NCBI GenBank assembly: GCA_963760795.1
Contig: CAVXEP010000019.1
Coordinates: forward strand, 277,313-341,312
DNA: 64,000 bases
Reading direction: 5' to 3'
Source of the DNA: an uncultured delta proteobacterium
GTDB taxonomy: Bacteria; Desulfobacterota; Binatia; UBA9968
A program made the position numbers and the translations under genes. The notes beneath the pieces are model-generated. The model had not been told where the DNA came from. It saw only the letters and a program-made list of their open reading frames with translations, and searched no databases. Shown here in pieces: positions 62,183 to 64,000 of this stretch (positions are counted from its first letter, which is position 1; every line of letters starts with the position of its first letter).

Positions 62183-62920
62183 ATGACAACGAACACCCAT
62201 GGCCTCGACCGATACATTACAGAAGATATCAGTCGGCAAGTTCGGCAGGAATGTGGGTTTGGGTGCGTCATCTGCGGTCTAGCAATCATCCAGTACCATC
62301 ATTTTGATCCGGAGTTTACCGATGCCAAGATTCATGATCCAGGGAAAATCGCGCTCTTGTGTGGAAGCTGTCACGACCGTGCACGTGGGTTTTGGTCAAC
62401 CGATCGCGTTATAAATGCTCGGAAACACCCAATCACATTTAAGCAAGGGTGCTCAAAAGACATCTTCGATTTTAGAGATCCTTTCGAATTGTTTGTTGGT
62501 GACAGTCATTTTCAAAATGTTCGTTGTATTGTCCGAAAAAGTTCCGGCGAGGAATGGTTCACAATTGAACCCGCCGAGTCACCGGAGGCACCGCCGCGCG
62601 TGAGCGCTAAGGTTTATGCTGCGGACGGGTCAATAGAACTTGAGATTCTACAAAATGAGTGGCGTTGCCGGACGAGCGTGTGGGACCTAACAACTGAAGG
62701 GTCGGTAATCCAACTTTGGCGTGCGCCGGGCGAAATTGCGCTTCGACTCAAAGCGAGACCGCCCCAGGGGTTAGAAATTCAGAGACTCAAGATGCTCTTC
62801 AAGGGCACCGGTATTGAAGTAAAAAATGACGGAACCACGGTGCTTGTCGACAGTGGCATCGAGATTGAAATGAATACCACCGCTATGCCTCACGGCGACG
62901 CAGTATTTATTGTCCCTTGA
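62183..62920 (+). CDS. HNH endonuclease-like protein with beta-rich C-terminal domain
   Basis: RQVRQECGFGCVICG...YHHFDPEF...IALLCGSCHD; lower-GC codon usage. Confidence 0.85.
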   Translation: MTTNTHGLDRYITEDISRQVRQECGFGCVICGLAIIQYHHFDPEFTDAKIHDPGKIALLCGSCHDRARGFWSTDRVINARKHPITFKQGCSKDIFDFRDPFELFVGDSHFQNVRCIVRKSSGEEWFTIEPAESPEAPPRVSAKVYAADGSIELEILQNEWRCRTSVWDLTTEGSVIQLWRAPGEIALRLKARPPQGLEIQRLKMLFKGTGIEVKNDGTTVLVDSGIEIEMNTTAMPHGDAVFIVP

Positions 62921-62939
62921 ACTGGGAGGGAAAACCTCA

Positions 62940-63305
62940 ATGCCGCTCTATGAATATCATTGTTCGCAGTGCCACGAACCGTTCGAGGTGTTGCAATCAA
63001 TAAGCTCGCGCGATGAACCAATGAATTGCAAGTGTGGGGCCTTCGCTACACGGGTCTTGGGCACATTCAATACTCTCGGGAAGCCATACGGTCATACGCA
63101 GGTCGCTAGAAATGTTCCCACGACTCCAGCGCCTGGTATGACCGCTATACATATAGCTGGTGGTGCTAACGTTCATCTGAGTGGTATGCGATTCAAGGGC
63201 CAGCAAACAGCGGTAAGCATTGACGCGGGAAGCGGAGCAAAGTTAAAAATGCGTGATATTAAAACCGAAAACGTCTCGACGCTTGTCGAGATAGCAAAAA
63301 AATGA
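62940..63305 (+). CDS. FmdB-type zinc-ribbon protein with extra C-terminal beta-repeat-like region
   Basis: MPLYEYHCSQCHEPFE...CKCG; GGGAGG RBS. Confidence 0.8.
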   Translation: MPLYEYHCSQCHEPFEVLQSISSRDEPMNCKCGAFATRVLGTFNTLGKPYGHTQVARNVPTTPAPGMTAIHIAGGANVHLSGMRFKGQQTAVSIDAGSGAKLKMRDIKTENVSTLVEIAKK

Positions 63306-63393
63306 CGACCGGATTTGTGGACACAGGATTCGGGGCAGGTCGTGCAATCACACATTATCGTAATGCAAGACTCAACCGTTCGCAGTAACCGCA

Positions 63394-63477
63394 GTGTGTC
63401 TAGCGGGTTGAAGTCCCGTCCAAGGAGTTGTCCGTACGCCTTGGTAGCGTAAGGAAGCAGCGTTGAAGTAACTCAAC
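63394..63477 (+). mobile_element. probable 5' fragment (start of domain I) of a group II intron
   Basis: GTGTG start, then gcggg-ttgaagt-cccgt, ccaagg...ccttgg and gttga-agtaac-tcaac hairpins; no RT ORF or domain V seen. Confidence 0.5.
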
Positions 63478-64000
63478 AGGCATGGTGTGAGGCTTTGCTT
63501 GTTTGATTATGAGCTGTCCTCGCCGGCGTTCGAAATGGCAGAGCGAAATTATGCCGCGCGCGAGGTGGCGATGATTTTTGAAAACTCGCGATCGGTTAGA
63601 CCCAAACTGACGAGGGAGCGAATCGAGAGATCGTAGTGATTAGGAAGCAATTAAGGGACGTTGTTGACTAGCTGGATAAAGTCCTGGATGCGTACGCGCC
63701 TCGGTTAGTTTCGATTTACATACCAAGCTGATTTGAGCCGATCAAAACCGACTTTTCCTTCGCTTCTACATTTTCAGAGCATGCTCGGAGGCTCTCCCTT
63801 TTTCACGCTCTCAACGTGGTCGATCCTTGTGTTCAGCAATTCATCGACCATCTTCTTGGGGGAAATGCGTTGCGGTTGTATAAGTTATGGAAGCGATGTC
63901 TCGGAGAAAGTGTGCTAGCGGTTGCGAATCGGAGTAACTCAAAATCAATCAACCAAAAGACTGATACCGGCCGCTGGGACCGGCGGAGCTCCCGTCCTTG

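Noticed and set aside
63326-63352. FMN riboswitch-like start (ttcggggcagg)
   Set aside because: The following GTGAAATTCCC.ACCGGCGG core is absent and no rib gene is downstream
63560-64000. Coding sequence at the right edge
   Set aside because: Frames examined are interrupted by stops and show no recognisable motif

Overview
GC-rich bacterial chromosome segment. The many orphan substrate-binding proteins, amidohydrolases and LLM enzymes suggest Candidatus Binatota or a related Deltaproteobacteria-like lineage; this is inference from gene content only. At least 12 otherwise well-conserved genes (trpE, trpG, tldD, pmbA, nrdJ, IclR, the NRPS/PKS and others) carry 1-bp frameshifts, so the sequence is probably an unpolished long-read assembly and most breaks are not real pseudogenes. 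Housekeeping content: acyl-CoA carboxylase operon, pdaD, tatBC, fabF/fabH, trpEG with a Trp-rich attenuator, tldD-pmbA, lhgO, mlaEFDC, a tRNA methylase, dciA and nrdJ with tandem NrdR boxes. Accessory highlights: (1) an LLM + A-T-KS-AT-DH-ACP hybrid cluster with a non-amino-acid-type A domain and no release domain; (2) a cassette-like array of COG2984 binding-protein genes, each preceded by an orphan copy of the family's 3' end, with an embedded toxin-antitoxin pair; (3) a four-helix-bundle gene bracketed by inverted heptamer repeats and disrupted by a REP element, plus several gene-less inverted-microsatellite palindromes; (4) archaeal-type GAPDH and a standalone archaeal-type ThrRS editing domain; (5) a lower-GC island after nrdJ with a SRAP stub, an HNH + zinc-ribbon gene pair and a probable group II intron 5' fragment. 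No rRNA, tRNA or CRISPR array was seen.
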